In this document: positions 41,242-56,200 of the stretch, piece after piece | How positions within the stretch are numbered: position 1 is the first letter of the stretch | Layout: each line of letters starts with the position of its first letter | Assembly: GCA_002104945.1 (NCBI GenBank) | Contig: MCFH01000051.1 | Coordinates: 186,001 to 250,000, forward strand | Source of the DNA: Piromyces finnis finn | Taxonomy: Eukaryota > Fungi > Neocallimastigomycota | Direction of reading: 5' to 3' | Length of the DNA: 64,000 nucleotides | Program-made: the position numbers and the translations under genes | The notes under the pieces: model-generated | What the model was told of the DNA's origin: nothing | Databases searched by the model: none | The model's input: only the letters and a program-made list of their open reading frames with translations

Positions 41242-43014
41242 ATGAAACTGTTTAATTTTAAAATCATAGTATTCTTTGTTTTTATACTAATCAAAAGAAT
41301 AGTAGTATGCGAAGATATTACATTAGTTCCTGGTCCAGTAACTTGTGACTATAGTAGTAAGGATAGTAATGAAAATTATGATATCAATACGGATACTAAT
41401 ATTAATTGTGAAGGTTCTTCCTGTACCGTTAATGGTAATGGTGCCACGATTTCAAATGAACAAGTAACAATTACAACAGCTGGTACTTTTATAATTAAGG
41501 GATTATTAGAAGGTCAAATTCGTATTGAAGCAGCAAAAGAAGATTTTATTCATCTTATTTTAGAAAATGCTACAATTAAAAGTAATAATGGACCAGCAAT
41601 TTATGGTGTAAGTGCTGATAAGGTTACTCTAACTCTTGTAGGTGAAAATACCTTGTCAGATTCATCTAATTATACTGTTGTTGATGAGGAACCAGATGCA
41701 TGTCTTTTTATTGACAGTGATCTTACTATAAATGGTTCTGGTAGTTTAAATGTTACAGGCAATTATAGTGATGCCATTAGATGTAAAAGTGATTTAAAGA
41801 TTGTTAATGGTAATATATCCGTTCCAAGTGCTGTTCAACGCGGTATAAAAGCTAAAAATTCAATATGTATAAAAGATGGTTCGTTATTAGATATTACATC
41901 AAATAATTCAGCTCTTAAAGTTACAAGAATGGATAATCCAGAAAAGGGATTTATTGTTATTGATGGTGGTAATATTGTCATTTCTACCACTAATGATGCT
42001 ATTCATGCAGAAAGTCACTTAACAATTAGAGGAGGTTATATTGATATAAAAAGTTGTAAAGAAGGTCTTGAAGCACAAATGATTGATATTCTTGGTGGAG
42101 AAATTCATATTGTTTCATCAGATGATGGTATTAATGCCACAAAAATAGCTAAAAAAGAGGATACAAATGGTAACAATATGTTTGGTTCTATGCCAGCCAC
42201 TGGTACAGATGGTAGTATTTATATTAATATTGTTGGAGGTAAAACTTATGTTACCATGACAGGTATGGATGTAGATGGTATAGATTCAAATGGTGTTCTT
42301 TACATTGGTAGTGAAGCTCAAGTGTATATTTCCATTGAAGGTGACATTTATGGTAATATGGCTGCATTAGATGCTGAAGGTTCTAATGCAATTACCTCTG
42401 GTTCCACTATTGTTATAGCCGCTAGTGGTATGGGTGGTATGGGTGGTATGAGAGGTGATTTTATGGATGGTGGAAATGGAAATCGTCCAAGCCAACCTCC
42501 AAATGATAGTGGAAATGGAAATCGTCCAAACCAGCTTTCAAATGATAGTGGAAATGGAAATCAACAAAATTACCCATCACCTCCAAATAATGATGGTTTT
42601 ATGAATGAAGGCAATAGAAATCCACCAAATGGAAGCAATATGAATATGACACCACAATTTGGAGAATCGGGTAAAGTTTATCAGCCATATATTAAAACCT
42701 CTATAAACACTCAAAGTGCAGGAACAGAAATTACTGTAAAAGATACTAGTGGTAACGTTATTGTTTCCTATACACCAGATGTTTCCTATTCAAATTTACT
42801 AATAACGTCTCCTTCCATGAAGGCAGGTGAAGCCTATATTATTAATTCAGGTTCTGAATCTATTACTATAAATGCATCCGAAGAAAGTGGAACAGTTAAT
42901 TCTCCATCAGTATCATCACCTCTTGGTACCATTTCTTCTAGTAGTTCATACAAAATTCAACAAAAATATATTTATACTATTCTTTTCTTTTTTGTTTTTA
43001 TAATAGTTTATTAA
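41242..43014 (+). CDS. Cthe_2159/DUF4353-type beta-helix carbohydrate-binding protein; signal peptide and GPI-like tail; intronless
   Basis: VTITTAGTFIIKG, IHLILENATI, VTLTLVGENTLSD, DLTINGSGSLNVTGNYSDAI, KEGLEA, SSDDGINA, DVDGIDSNG motifs typical of the family; Gly/Met/Pro-rich insert; ends SSSSSYKIQQKYIYTILFFFVFIIVY*. Confidence 0.85.
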   Translation: MKLFNFKIIVFFVFILIKRIVVCEDITLVPGPVTCDYSSKDSNENYDINTDTNINCEGSSCTVNGNGATISNEQVTITTAGTFIIKGLLEGQIRIEAAKEDFIHLILENATIKSNNGPAIYGVSADKVTLTLVGENTLSDSSNYTVVDEEPDACLFIDSDLTINGSGSLNVTGNYSDAIRCKSDLKIVNGNISVPSAVQRGIKAKNSICIKDGSLLDITSNNSALKVTRMDNPEKGFIVIDGGNIVISTTNDAIHAESHLTIRGGYIDIKSCKEGLEAQMIDILGGEIHIVSSDDGINATKIAKKEDTNGNNMFGSMPATGTDGSIYINIVGGKTYVTMTGMDVDGIDSNGVLYIGSEAQVYISIEGDIYGNMAALDAEGSNAITSGSTIVIAASGMGGMGGMRGDFMDGGNGNRPSQPPNDSGNGNRPNQLSNDSGNGNQQNYPSPPNNDGFMNEGNRNPPNGSNMNMTPQFGESGKVYQPYIKTSINTQSAGTEITVKDTSGNVIVSYTPDVSYSNLLITSPSMKAGEAYIINSGSESITINASEESGTVNSPSVSSPLGTISSSSSYKIQQKYIYTILFFFVFIIVY

Positions 43015-43271
43015 GTATTCATTTATATATTATATTGTATAAATATAATTTATTTCTATATGTTTGTTATTTAAATTTTGAATAGTTTTATCCCATTTTT
43101 TATTTATCAAATTTAAAATATTTATACATATAACAAGATAGTTTATATATTTTTTTTTCTCATAGATAGAAAATTGTATAATAAATATGGTAATTAATAT
43201 CAAAAAATTAAATCTCATAAAATTTTAAAAATGATAAATAAAATAATAAAAAATATACATAATAGATTTAC

Positions 43272-43334
<63 letters not shown>
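43272..43334. repeat. (ATT)n microsatellite
   Basis: Directly visible. Confidence 0.9.
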
Positions 43335-43335
<1 letters not shown>

Positions 43336-46300
43336 ATATGAAATTTTATTTTATTTAACAAAATGAAAGAATGAAATGGATTTTAAAACTACTTAAAACA
43401 CAAATATAACATATAAAATATTATATTAATCTTTTACCAGTATATTAAGAAATATCTGGTATATAGTATATATAATTAAATATAGTTTATAATTATGTAA
43501 TTTTATTTATAATATAAATAATGCCAGTTGATCAACTGGAGAATTTATTTATGATATAAAATGTTGTTAAAGAAAGAGTAATTAGTAGTATTAAGGTGAA
43601 TATAATATCCTCGTTTAAAGAAGGTTTTTAATATTAAGTGGAAACTTTATATAAACTTTAAATTTATCTACAATTTAATATATCTAAATAATGGTTAAAA
43701 ATCTTTTGTATCAAAAAGAAAAATTAGTTTCATAAATAAAACTTTATAATTGTTCAATGCTTCAAATTTTATTATAATAAATATTAAAACAATTAGTTAA
43801 ACTTTCTAAATAAAATTATAATGGTTTTTAGGATGAATTAAATATTATATTTAACTATATATTAAAGTTATTATATATATATAATCCTCATTTAAATGAA
43901 TTTAATTAATATTTATCATTGTTATTGTTATGTTGTTATGTTAGAATCTCTACATTTCATTTTCATATGAAAATTGGCAAAAAAAGAAAAAGATTTTACC
44001 ATTGAATTGTTTTTTTTTTCTTTAAGATTACTCAAAAAAAAAAAAAAAGGCACTAATAATTCTTTTTTTTTTTAATATATTTATTAATACCAAATATATA
44101 TGTTTTAAATATAAGTTTACTTTTTAAAGCATGATTAATAATATGATGAATAATGCCATGTTTTTAGTCTTATTTAATAACTATTATATAGTTTTACTTC
44201 ATTTTCTTTAGCATCAAATGAAAAACGTTTCATCGTCTTAATATAGCAATAATTAACACAAATTAAATCTAAATTTATGTCGTACAAATTTTTTTTTTAA
44301 TTAAATTTTACTTGAAGATATCAAATCAAAATTTTTTTGTCATCCTTGATAAAGCTACATCTATCAAAAACAAACCCTTGCATGCGGGCCCTTAATACAT
44401 CAACTTTTATTTCATTTATATAGAATGATATTATAATTTAATGCTATAATAGATCATTTTATTATTAAATGGTTGAATGAATAAAATATTGATTATTCTA
44501 TAATTATAATTAATATTATTTAGATTCTTCATGTATTAAATATATTATTTATATCATATATTCTCTTTCTATATCAATAAGAATGAATAATCATTTATAT
44601 TGTTACAATATAATTTATTTATTTATTATTTATCTATTCATTTATTTAGTTAGTTTTCTTTTTTTAATTCTAGAACAATTTTGACAAAACAATTTATTTT
44701 AAAAGGTAATAATATTAATAAATTGAATTAATTAAAAAATATATTATTTTTAAATTATAATTTTGTTGTACTCTTTTAGCATTATCATTTTAAACTTTCC
44801 ATGTATTGTTAAGCATTTAATTAAAATTAAAAAAAAAAAATAAAGAATAATATTAACTTTTTTTATAATTATTAATTAAATTTATATTTTTTATTAAATG
44901 AAAAGAAATTAAATAATCAATCAGCCATTTCTTTTCTTTTTTTTTTTTTTTACTAAATAATATTTTATAATATTTTCTCTTAAAACTTGTTTAAATTACT
45001 CCTCAGTTTATTATCCTATTTCCCCCTTTATTCTATGAAATCTTCTAGTCCTTTTTATTTATAAAGTCGGATATTTTTTTTCAAAAGTAAAAAAAAAAAA
45101 AAAATTAAATTTTAATAGTCAAAACTTTAATTTATTAAGCAATGATACCTTAAAAATTTTAAAATGATATGAAACAAAAAAAAACGAATGAAATTACTTT
45201 TGTAATTACCACAAAATCAACCCTTTCAAATAAAAAAATTTAAATCAAAACCAGTAAAAAGTAATTTATTTAAAAAGTATTAATTCTTAATTAGCATTAT
45301 AGCAATTTAATATTTATCATATTTTTCCTATAGGAAGATCACTGATATTCTTTTAGTATATTAAACTCTAATATTCTATTTTTTATAACATCATTATTAA
45401 TGGGTAATTCTCATAATTTTATAATTTTTTTTATATATTTACCTGTTTATAAGAATTTTTCCATCCTAAAAAATAATAATATTTTTAACTCATGCTATTT
45501 ATCATGCCATGCATTTTATTCTAATCAAAAGTTAAAACTTTTTAAAATGAAATAAAAAATTAATATAAAAAATAATTAATAAGGTTTATTATCAATACAC
45601 CAATAATATTAATTGATTTTTTTAATTAAATTAACTTTATTCAAATTAAAATCGCATTTGACTATTGGTCAACAATAAAATATTTGTACAACACCATCAA
45701 AAATTTATTCTTTATTTATTATATAATATTATATGTGTGTAGTATTAGATGAAATATATTAACTTTTAAAATTACACACTATTAACTTAATTAAAATATT
45801 TTATTATATGGAAAACCTTATTTATTAAATTATTATTAGTTAATAGAAATGATGATTTTATAATATTCCAATATATCAAAACAGTACATTTCAATATATA
45901 TAAAAAATGAATGGAAAAAAAATAAATTCTTTTTTTAATTATTATTTATTTAATCTAGAAGGATAGTATTATTAATTGCTACACAAGAGAAATAGTCATT
46001 TTTAATAGGAATTAAAGTTTATTAATAAAATAAAAAAAAAAAGTAATTTTCTCAATAATGGAAATGATTAAAAAAGTATATTGAATAGAATTTTTAATTA
46101 TGATAATTATAATAAAAATAATAAAATATTTTATATCATTTTATATCATTTTATATCCATAAATAATAATAAAAAAAAAATATAAAAATAACAATGTTTT
46201 CCTTTATTTATTAAAATTTTCACATACATAAAATAAAAAGAAAAAGAAAAATTATAATTAATTCAATAATAATTATCACGTTAATGCAGAAAATATTAAA

Positions 46301-46770
46301 AACAATGTTTGTTTTTTGCAAAGTTTCATTATTTTAATTAAAGCAATGGAACAAAAGTGATAAATGTATAAAATAATTAGAATAGTAATAACAAGAAAAA
46401 TAAACATAGACATAATAATAAAAAAAAATAAAATAAAATTAAATAATAAAAACAAAATATAAAATAATTAAATAATAAAAGCATATAATAAATTAAAATA
46501 TCCATATATATATATAATATATGAATATTAACTTATAGAATATTATAAAAAATTAAAATAGATATTTGAATAGATATATAACTTTTAGCTTTTTTAAGCT
46601 TTTATACATTATTAATCCTTAATTTATACATAAACTATTTTAGTTATTTTCATCATATCTTAAATAACATAAAGATATTGTATATCTTTTTTAAAAAAAA
46701 ATACTTATTAATTAATATTCATATATATCTATAAACAAAAAATTCCTCATTTACACTTATAATTTATATA

Positions 46771-47914
46771 ATGAATTCAGGAAATTTTCATCCCGCTATA
46801 GAATTTATATTAAACTTTGCCAATGAATTCTCGGATTCATATTTGTATGCCTATATAATACAAATAATGCTTATTGGGTATATGCATAAATGCGCAGGAA
46901 GTGGAAGATACTGGAAAATAATTTTTACGGGTTCTATTTTTGGTATGTTTGGTGCTACTATTGAACATTTAGGAACTGCTTGGATAAAAACAATTGATAA
47001 AAATCAATCAAAAGCATACTGTTGTTATTTATTGGCAGAAATCGGATGGATCATAACTGAATTCTCTATACCTTATTTAAACTTAATAAAATTAAAAGTT
47101 CTCACTCAATCAAAAATAGTAAAGACTGTTAATTGGGTTATAGGATTTCTTTTCATATTATTTGGATTATGTCGTTTTTACATTGGTTATCTTCGTTTAA
47201 TAAACAAAACATTATATAATATCAAAATATATCATTTACATGGTATAGCTTTTGGAATAATTGCAATTGCTGATGGTTTACTTTCAATTCTTATTTTTAT
47301 TGAATTGAATAAAAGTGCAAAAAGAATTAAGGAAAAGTATGGTGAAACATTCAATTTATTAAACTCCTTCAAGAAATCTTCACTTTTCATTCTTTTTGTG
47401 GTTGATTTAATGAGCGTTATCTTAGCTATTCTTTCAATTATTATTGATGTAACTATTTTTGGTAGATCAGTAAATAAATTAATTAAACCATTTCATGCTC
47501 TTAAATCCAACTTTTTATTAATTCTAGCCGTGGATTCCTTCATTTTTAAGATGAGAGCTTCTATTGATGGTTCAACAGTGGTATCACGTTATCTTCAACA
47601 ATCAAAGCTTTATTCTAATTATGGAGACCATACAGATGAAATTCCTTTATCAAACAAAAAATATAGAAATAAAAAATCATCTCAAGTACGAAGTGTTAAT
47701 AATATAACAAACAATAGTGCTAATTGCAGTTTTAATTATAGTGCTAATTGTAATACTAGTTATAATATGAATATGAGTTCAAACAGTAATTCCCCAAAAC
47801 GTATAAAAGGACATGTTAAAAGTAAAAGTAATTCCTTTGTATCGGATACTAATTATTCTATTAATATGGCTGAATTAAAAAACACTATTTCTACAGATAT
47901 TATCAATTTAAATA

Positions 47915-47945
<31 letters not shown>

Positions 47946-48267
47946 TATGAATAAAACATCTCATAGTTATTCATCAAGTAATACTTTAATTGAACCACCA
48001 ACCAATAGGGCCTATATTAAAGGGAAAAAATTACTCAATTCTAAAAAGGATGGTAATGATCGAAATAACAGTTCTCATTCTTTAAATGCTTTATCCATTA
48101 GTGCTATGACACCTATAAATAGTAATAGTAGCATATTAAAAAATAAAGCTTCATCAATTAATTCATCTTCCCTTAATGCTAACATGAATATTAATAAAAA
48201 TCCAAAAGATTATCACGAAAATAGGGATCATCAGAATAAAATTAAAAATAATAAAAATATTGTGTAA
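46771..48267 (+). CDS. Intronless seven-transmembrane (GPCR-like) protein with long Asn/Ser-rich cytoplasmic tail
   Basis: About seven hydrophobic segments in the first ~265 aa (YLYAYIIQIMLIGYM; WKIIFTGSIFGMFGA; AYCCYLLAEIGWIITEFSIPYL; VNWVIGFLFILFGLCRFYIGY; GIAFGIIAIADGLLSILIFI; LFILFVVDLMSVILAILSIII; NFLLILAVDSFIF), then a hydrophilic tail. Confidence 0.7.
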
Positions 48268-49291
48268 ATGATGATAGAAAAAAATAAAAACATGGTAAAT
48301 ATTGAATCAATCAATATATAAATAAACTTTAATATTTTTCATTTTATTAAACAAACTATAATTTAATTATTATAGATTTTGTTTAATATAAAAAATATAT
48401 ATAAAAATAAAAAAAGAAAAAGAAAAAGAAACAATAAAACAAAATATAATTTAATACAAATTAAATTAAAATCAAAGAAAAAAACATAAAAAAAATCAAT
48501 AACAAAATAGCAATTAAAAAAATATATATATATTACAAGATTATACAACATAATTGTTTATATCTTCTAATAACTATTGATTATACCAGCTTATGGAAAG
48601 TTCCATATTTAATATATAATTATTATAAACATTCCCATTTTTAAATATCTTTTAATAAATTAACATTTCATTTAATAATTAATAATTATTCCCTTTGTTA
48701 TATATTAATTAAATAAAATAAACTTTTTTAAAATAAAACTTAATAATATTAAACTATTTTTTAATTGAAAAATAATACTTTTTATTGTTAAAAGTTTATA
48801 ATGAATTTTTGTATTAAGAAACTTTTAATAATTATTATGATGATTATTTAAAGATAAAAATCAGGAACATTACTTTAATTACAACAACAACAATAATAAT
48901 AATAATAATAATAAAAATATAAAAATATATAAATAATAAAATTATATTTAAGTGTAAAGTCTTAAAATTTTAATATTTTTTGAATATTAATGTATGAAAT
49001 GTAATATTAAGATTCTTAAAAAAAAAAAAGATTTAAAATGATCCTTTGTAAGTTTATTACAATTATTTAATTTAGATTTTTATATTTACTATAATAATCT
49101 TATTTTAAAATAATTTTCTTAATTATTATTAAAAATATATATTCTTTGAAAACTTTGTTCCATTTTTTTTTAGAAAAATAATTTAAAAAAATTTTTACAT
49201 TACCAATTTTCAAAAAAAATTTTTACATTACCGATTTTCAAAAAAATTGGATAAAAAGGAAAAATTAAAGTAAATATATTTATAATTCACA

Positions 49292-50134
49292 ATGAATAAT
49301 AATCTACAATTATTAAATGATGATAATTCACCGACTAAAAAAAAAATAGTATGTATATAATTAATATTATATTATATATAACTATTAAGGAAGAACTTTT
49401 CCTTAATTTTATGAATAATTTGTACTAATACCTTTATTATGAAAAAAAAAAAAAAAGATATCGCTCTATGCATTAATGTTTACTATATCAACAAAAACAA
49501 AAATAAATACATTTACAACTTGCATTCTATTTTTACTCCAAGGTTAATTTTTTATATTAAAGAAAAAACCCTTTATATACTGGTTTTTAAAATTATTATT
49601 TATTAATTTTTTTTAAAATATTCTTTTTTATTTCCTTTATATTATTATAGATATTCAATTAGTGTATTTTCTTACTTTTGATTATTTTGCTATATCAATA
49701 AATGAAACTTTAAGATATTTTATAGGGTTCATAGCACTAGATAACGTGCAATTTTCAATATTTTGTATGATTTAATCATGTTTTTCTTTTTTTTTTTTTT
49801 TTAAAAAAAAAAAAGAAAATTAAAAAAAAAAAACTAATTCACTTTATTAAATAATTTCTAGTTCTTATTATCTTATTGACTTAATAAATTATTTTATACA
49901 AATATAAATAGCATTATTAAATTACATTTTATGTGGAATATATTGCATTGCATCTTTATTATTATGTAATGTCTAATAATATACATATTTAATATTAATA
50001 AAAAAAACTAATTTTTTTTTTTTCATGAAAATATTTATTAAGGTATAAATATTATCTTTAATAATCCTGAAAAGTAAATTGAATTTATATAAAATTTTAT
50101 TAATTTTTATTTTTTATACTAAATCATCAACCTC

Positions 50135-50223
<89 letters not shown>

Positions 50224-53200
50224 TTATATTATATTATATTTAGATTTAAAGAAAATCGTAAAATAAAGGTTTATATTAATATAAATTCTATACTATATTA
50301 AATGATGAAAACTACTACAAAACTTATTACTTTCTGATAAACTTATTAAACCCTTTTTATATATTATTTATATATGAACTTTTCTCTATTACTAAAAAAA
50401 AAGTTTATAAGATGGACATGCATATTATTTAATACGTATGTTACTTTATATATTGCTATAACATTATATAAAAAAACAATATTAAAAAAACTAAAAATTA
50501 ACCTTTTTTTATTATTTATATATATATATATATATTAATTAGTGCTTTATTTCCAATTTGTAAGTAAAATATTATTAATTAATAAATTATGATCAATAGT
50601 TAATTATATAAGCATGAAATAATTTATAGTTACACAGTCATTGCTTAAATCAATATTTTCGAAATTTGGTAATTACAATGCTTTCCCTAATACTGAAAAT
50701 AATTTAAAATCAAATAAGTAATTAATATAAAGAAATTTTAATTTTTATAATTATTATATGTATGCCAAGTAATGATATTCACATTAAATAATTTATTTTT
50801 ATATTTTAAAAATATTTCTTGTAAAGTATTACTTTGTCTATCTTTACTGGAATTTTTTATATACTTTTTCAATTCTTTGTTGTATATATCAATTTTATTT
50901 ATCTATATTTTTTTAAGAAACTATACCCAATAAAATATATTAATTGGTTTCCTTAAATATGATAATAGTTTCCATTTGTGTATGTTAATCCAACACCATT
51001 CAAAAAAACAAATCCATTATGTCAAAAATATTCTTTTTTAGGATTAATTTACCACATACTAATATTTACATTGGTACATGAAATATTATTTTTTCTCACA
51101 TATTATTAATGAAAATAAATGATCTCTTTTCATTATTAATATAAATATAATTTTCACAGAGTACACTTGTTATTGTACTCAAAGTATATTTAGGAAATAT
51201 GACAAAATATATTTGTATTTTATCGGGTATATGTATGATGTTTTTAACAACAAAACTACTAAAAACGCAACCATATTATAATAAATATATTAATTATATC
51301 AGAGCTGGAACATGGACCATGATTTCAGGAATGAGTATAGTAAATTTTATATTTTTAATAGTTGGAAAAAGAAAACCTATTTTTGGAATTTTCTTTTTTA
51401 TTATGGGTGTTTGTTCATTTGTTATTGGTGTGGTTATTTGTCGATTATCATTTAAGCACCATGTTCAAGGAATTTATAAAAGGCTTAAAGAAAAAAAAAT
51501 ATTTGATAAAAAACTATTTAATCTATAAAATGGTATTGAAAGTTCTGTTGATTCTAGAGTTTCAAAAGAAGAAAAATCACAATCATCATCTGAAAATGAA
51601 GAAGAATTAATTTCATTGGATGAAGAAAATGAAGAAGATAAAAAACAAAATAATGATGAAAATAGTGATGAAGGTGATGTAGATGAATATTCCTACAATT
51701 CTGAAGAAAATGATACTGACGAAAATAACTTTGATTTAAGTGATAGAATTTCAGAAAGAATTTCCGCATTTAGCTCAATGCATGAAATATGTAATTACTA
51801 TATTTATTAACTTTTAATTATAATTAAATATTATAGGTATATGTATATAATAATTCAAAATACTAAATTTAAATTATATAATTGCTTTTTCATCAATTCA
51901 TTGATTCTTTTTTCAGTTAACACTAAAATTCTCAATGAACGTATAATAACTTACACAAACCCTGAAGATTTCGAATTAGCTTGTAGATTTATATGGTAAT
52001 TATATTAAATTAAACCTGTATATAAAAAATATAATAATAGTAATTATTAATTAATCTATTGATTTTAAAAATTTATAGGAATAATGAAAGTAGAGAAGCT
52101 TTTCAACTAGTTGATGAACTATTTAATGAATGGTATAATTTCTCAAATAAAAAAAAAAAAAAAAGAGTTTAATATATCAAAAAATTAATATATAATATAT
52201 ATACTTTATATTAATTATGGTAACAAGTATAACTCAGTATACCAAAAATCCATTAGTAATTATTTGTTTTATATAAATTATATATGCAATTCTATAAATA
52301 CTAATAAAAAATAATAAACCTTTTTATTAATTTTCATAGATATTTACATATTATGCATATTACTTACTGTACTTTGAAGAAAAAACATATAACAAATATG
52401 AAAATGAATTAAAAAATATAAAATATTACGAAAAAGAAGAAGCTGAAGGGAAAACAAGTGAAGATGGTTTTACAGATGATAATAATGATGATGAGAATAA
52501 AGAAGAAATCAAAGAAAAATTATCATATGAAGGAAAAATAAATACTGCTGATCCAACAGGTTTATTGTCCCAAGCATTAACTTGCAAATTAAATATTTTT
52601 AAGGACTATTACGTCAGATATTTACTATATGAAATTAGAGAAAAAAAGAAAGAAGATAAGAACTACTATAAAAAGTAATATATATATATATATAATTTCA
52701 TTTTAATATATATAAATTAATAATAAAAAAATTCTTTGGTATCACTATATCAATAAATTAATATAAATTTATTAATATATACCAATTTTATATATGAAAT
52801 AAAAAATACTAAATTAATATTCAAGGGAAGCTATTGAAAAAATGATGAATTTACAACATAATGCTATAGAAAAACATATAACAATTTTAAATTTATTAAA
52901 GAAGTTCTTTAATCATATAAAGCATTCTAATTCTAATAATTTATATACAAGTTTTAATGTTGATAAATTCCTTGAAATATCATATAACTTAAAAAATTAT
53001 ACATCAAATACTTATAAAAATTTAATCGAAAATTATCCAGACGAAAAAGTATACTTATTTTTAATTAGAAAAGAAAAAAAAAAGTTAAAAATATATATAT
53101 ATTTATTATATAATAATTTTATATAGAGTACCTATCAATTGTATTCATTATTTATGAAAGATGTTATGGTAAATTCTTTTTTTTTTAAAAAAATATATAT

Positions 53201-56200
53201 ACATTATTCTAATTAAAAATAATAAACATTTAATTAATATCATTTTTTTCAATTTATTTTATTTCATATAATAATTAACAGAATTCAACAGATAGTGATG
53301 TATATATGAATAATATTTTATTATATACTATATTTTTATATTCCCATTTAATATAAATCCATTACTAATCAAATATATATATATAATTTTTATAGAAATA
53401 TACATTAAATGAAGGAGTAATTTTTTTTTCTTACATGTTATTTTAAAAAATATATAATATCTTTTAAATAATATTTTTTTTAATTATTATTGAATATTTA
53501 TCAATATACATTAGGATTCATTTATTGAATTAATGAAAATAAGCAATGTAAAATCATCAGCAAGCTCTAATGGTGGAGGATCTTCTTTTGGGGACGCTGA
53601 ATCAAAAAAAAAGAAGTTAAAGTAATAATTATATTGAAACTATTTTAATTTTATTTTTAAATGATAAATTATTATTTAAAACTTTTTAATAATAACTAAT
53701 ATAAATTAATTTATTTATTGTTTTTAATATCAAGAAATAATATGTTGGTTTCATTTACTGAAAAAAGTAAAAAATATTCAAAGACTGTATTTTCTTTATA
53801 CATCATGATAGCTATATTATATCTAATATCGTATGAATTCCTATATATATTTTCTAAATTGTATTAAAAAAATAAAGATTAATTTTTCACCATTAATATA
53901 TTTAATAGTGTAATATTTGGTTTTATTCACATTAGCAACTTTGAATCAGCAATTAATGATATTCAAATTTTAGGAGATATGGATTATCATTTAAAAGACA
54001 CTATATTAAACATTAGATTCTATAGTTTTGCAATTGCATCAAAAGATCTTGAATTTATTACACTACAAAGGGATAATTTAAAAAATAAATTAGATTACAT
54101 GATTGAGTATTATTATCCAATTTTAAAACCTTATTCCAATTCAGAAAAATCTACCACACCAGTTATTATGTATACTAATGAAATTAACAATGGTATTTTT
54201 AAGGATACTTCATATGAATATTTCAATGCTTTTGAATTAATGAATTCAATGAATATTTGGATAAAAGATATTATTACTATTACGCCGGAAGAATGGATAA
54301 AAAAGGTTGACGCCGGAATAAATGTATTATTTGATTTTAGATTTAGGTAATATAATAATAAATTTTAGTTTTACGAAATGAAATATTACAATTAGCTTAA
54401 CTAAATAATTTTAACATATATATTAAAATCAAATGTTGAATTTAAAAGAATGTTTTCAGGTATATATGTAAAAGTTAAACAAAAATATTAATAAAAGTAA
54501 GTGTCTAAAAAAAAGTTTAATATATAAAATAGATAATTCTGAAGGACATTTTGATGATGTTATATGTGAATCTATTGATAAATTGTATGATGATAACATT
54601 ACTAGAAAAAACAAGGAAATATATACTTTATATGTTTTAACAATTGGTGTTATAATCTTGTCACTTCTTATTAACTTTTTAGGTAATTTAACTTACTATT
54701 ATAATATTTGTACTTATAAATAATATATATATATATATATTTATTATCATTAACAAAATATTAATAATAAAATAAAATAAAATAAAATAAAATAAAATAA
54801 AATAATAATAATAATAATAATAGGTATAACTCCATTATATATTCACAAAAAAAAAGTACAAGATAAAACCATGAAAATGTTAAAATATATATTAAAAGGT
54901 ATTTACGAATAAGATAAAACCTAATTATTTGAAATAATAATAATAATAATAATAATAAAAGATATTTATATATTCAAATTAACCTGTATATTAAATAATA
55001 GGTTTACTAAACGAATTAATATCAAAATTTGAAATTGGTATTGAATCAATTACAGAAACATATGATATTGGAATTAATACCAAAAAAAATGAAATAGGAA
55101 AAATCGAAAATGAAAATTCAGTTTCTGATAATATAAAAAAAATTAGAGGATTTGTCATTAATATATTATTACTTTCAATGATTTTACTTTGGTCAATTCC
55201 AATTATTGTAAATATTAAATAATTTTTAAATTTCAAATTTTAATTTTTACATATTAATATTTCTAATATGACAATACATTAATACATAGAAACAAGATAA
55301 ATCAATTATAAAAAATTTGGATTATAATCTTGATATGGTATTTTTATAACTAATACAAAAGCTTTTATATGTTATTTCGAACCTAAAATGATTATAAATA
55401 TAACTTTTTAATTTTTTATATAAATAAAAAAAAAAAAAGGGTGAAAGAAAAGACAAAATATTGGATATGACTTCATTTGCATTTGAAACTTTGCTTCAAG
55501 ATCAAAGTAAAAGTGTTCCTGGAACTCAAGAATCACTCTTATATAACAAAGTTAATGATTTACGAGTAAAAATCAAATATTATTATATTATTATTTAAAA
55601 GATAAAATATAAATAAAATATTTTATTTATATTATTTTTATTATTATTAGAAATTGCAAGAAAAATTATATCAAGGAAAATTAGGTTTACCACCAACAAA
55701 TGAAATGAGATATTTGGACGATTTTATTATTAATAAAAAATGTAAATTGGATGAAGATGTATGTGAAGATTTAGAAGAAATTCCTGATATTGGTAATTAT
55801 ACATTATATACTTTATACTTTAATTTTTATTATTTAAATAAAATTTGCAACTCAAAATTATTTTAACTTTTTTAATAAAATATTTATATAAGGTTTTACA
55901 AAAAGTACTGTGAAAGCAGGAATGAATGAAATGTTAGATGAAATGGCAACAGCAGGAATGAGTATTGTTAGATCCTCTATATTAAAGAACTATAAAAATA
56001 TGGATCATTTATATAATAGTTCTGTCACACCTGAAGATGTTCTTAAAAAATGTTTTGGAAATCCAGACTTTTATTTCCTATATAAAATGCTTGATCACAG
56101 TTTAGCTGCCATGATTAAATCTGAATCAATATTATTTGAAAATATTAAAGGTTCCGTTAAAAAAATAATGATGTTATTATTATTAGCTATTTTTGGAGAT

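Noticed and set aside
49184-49247. Two-copy ~28-bp duplication upstream of the TmcB-like gene
   Set aside because: Simple local slippage in A/T-rich DNA; no further support.
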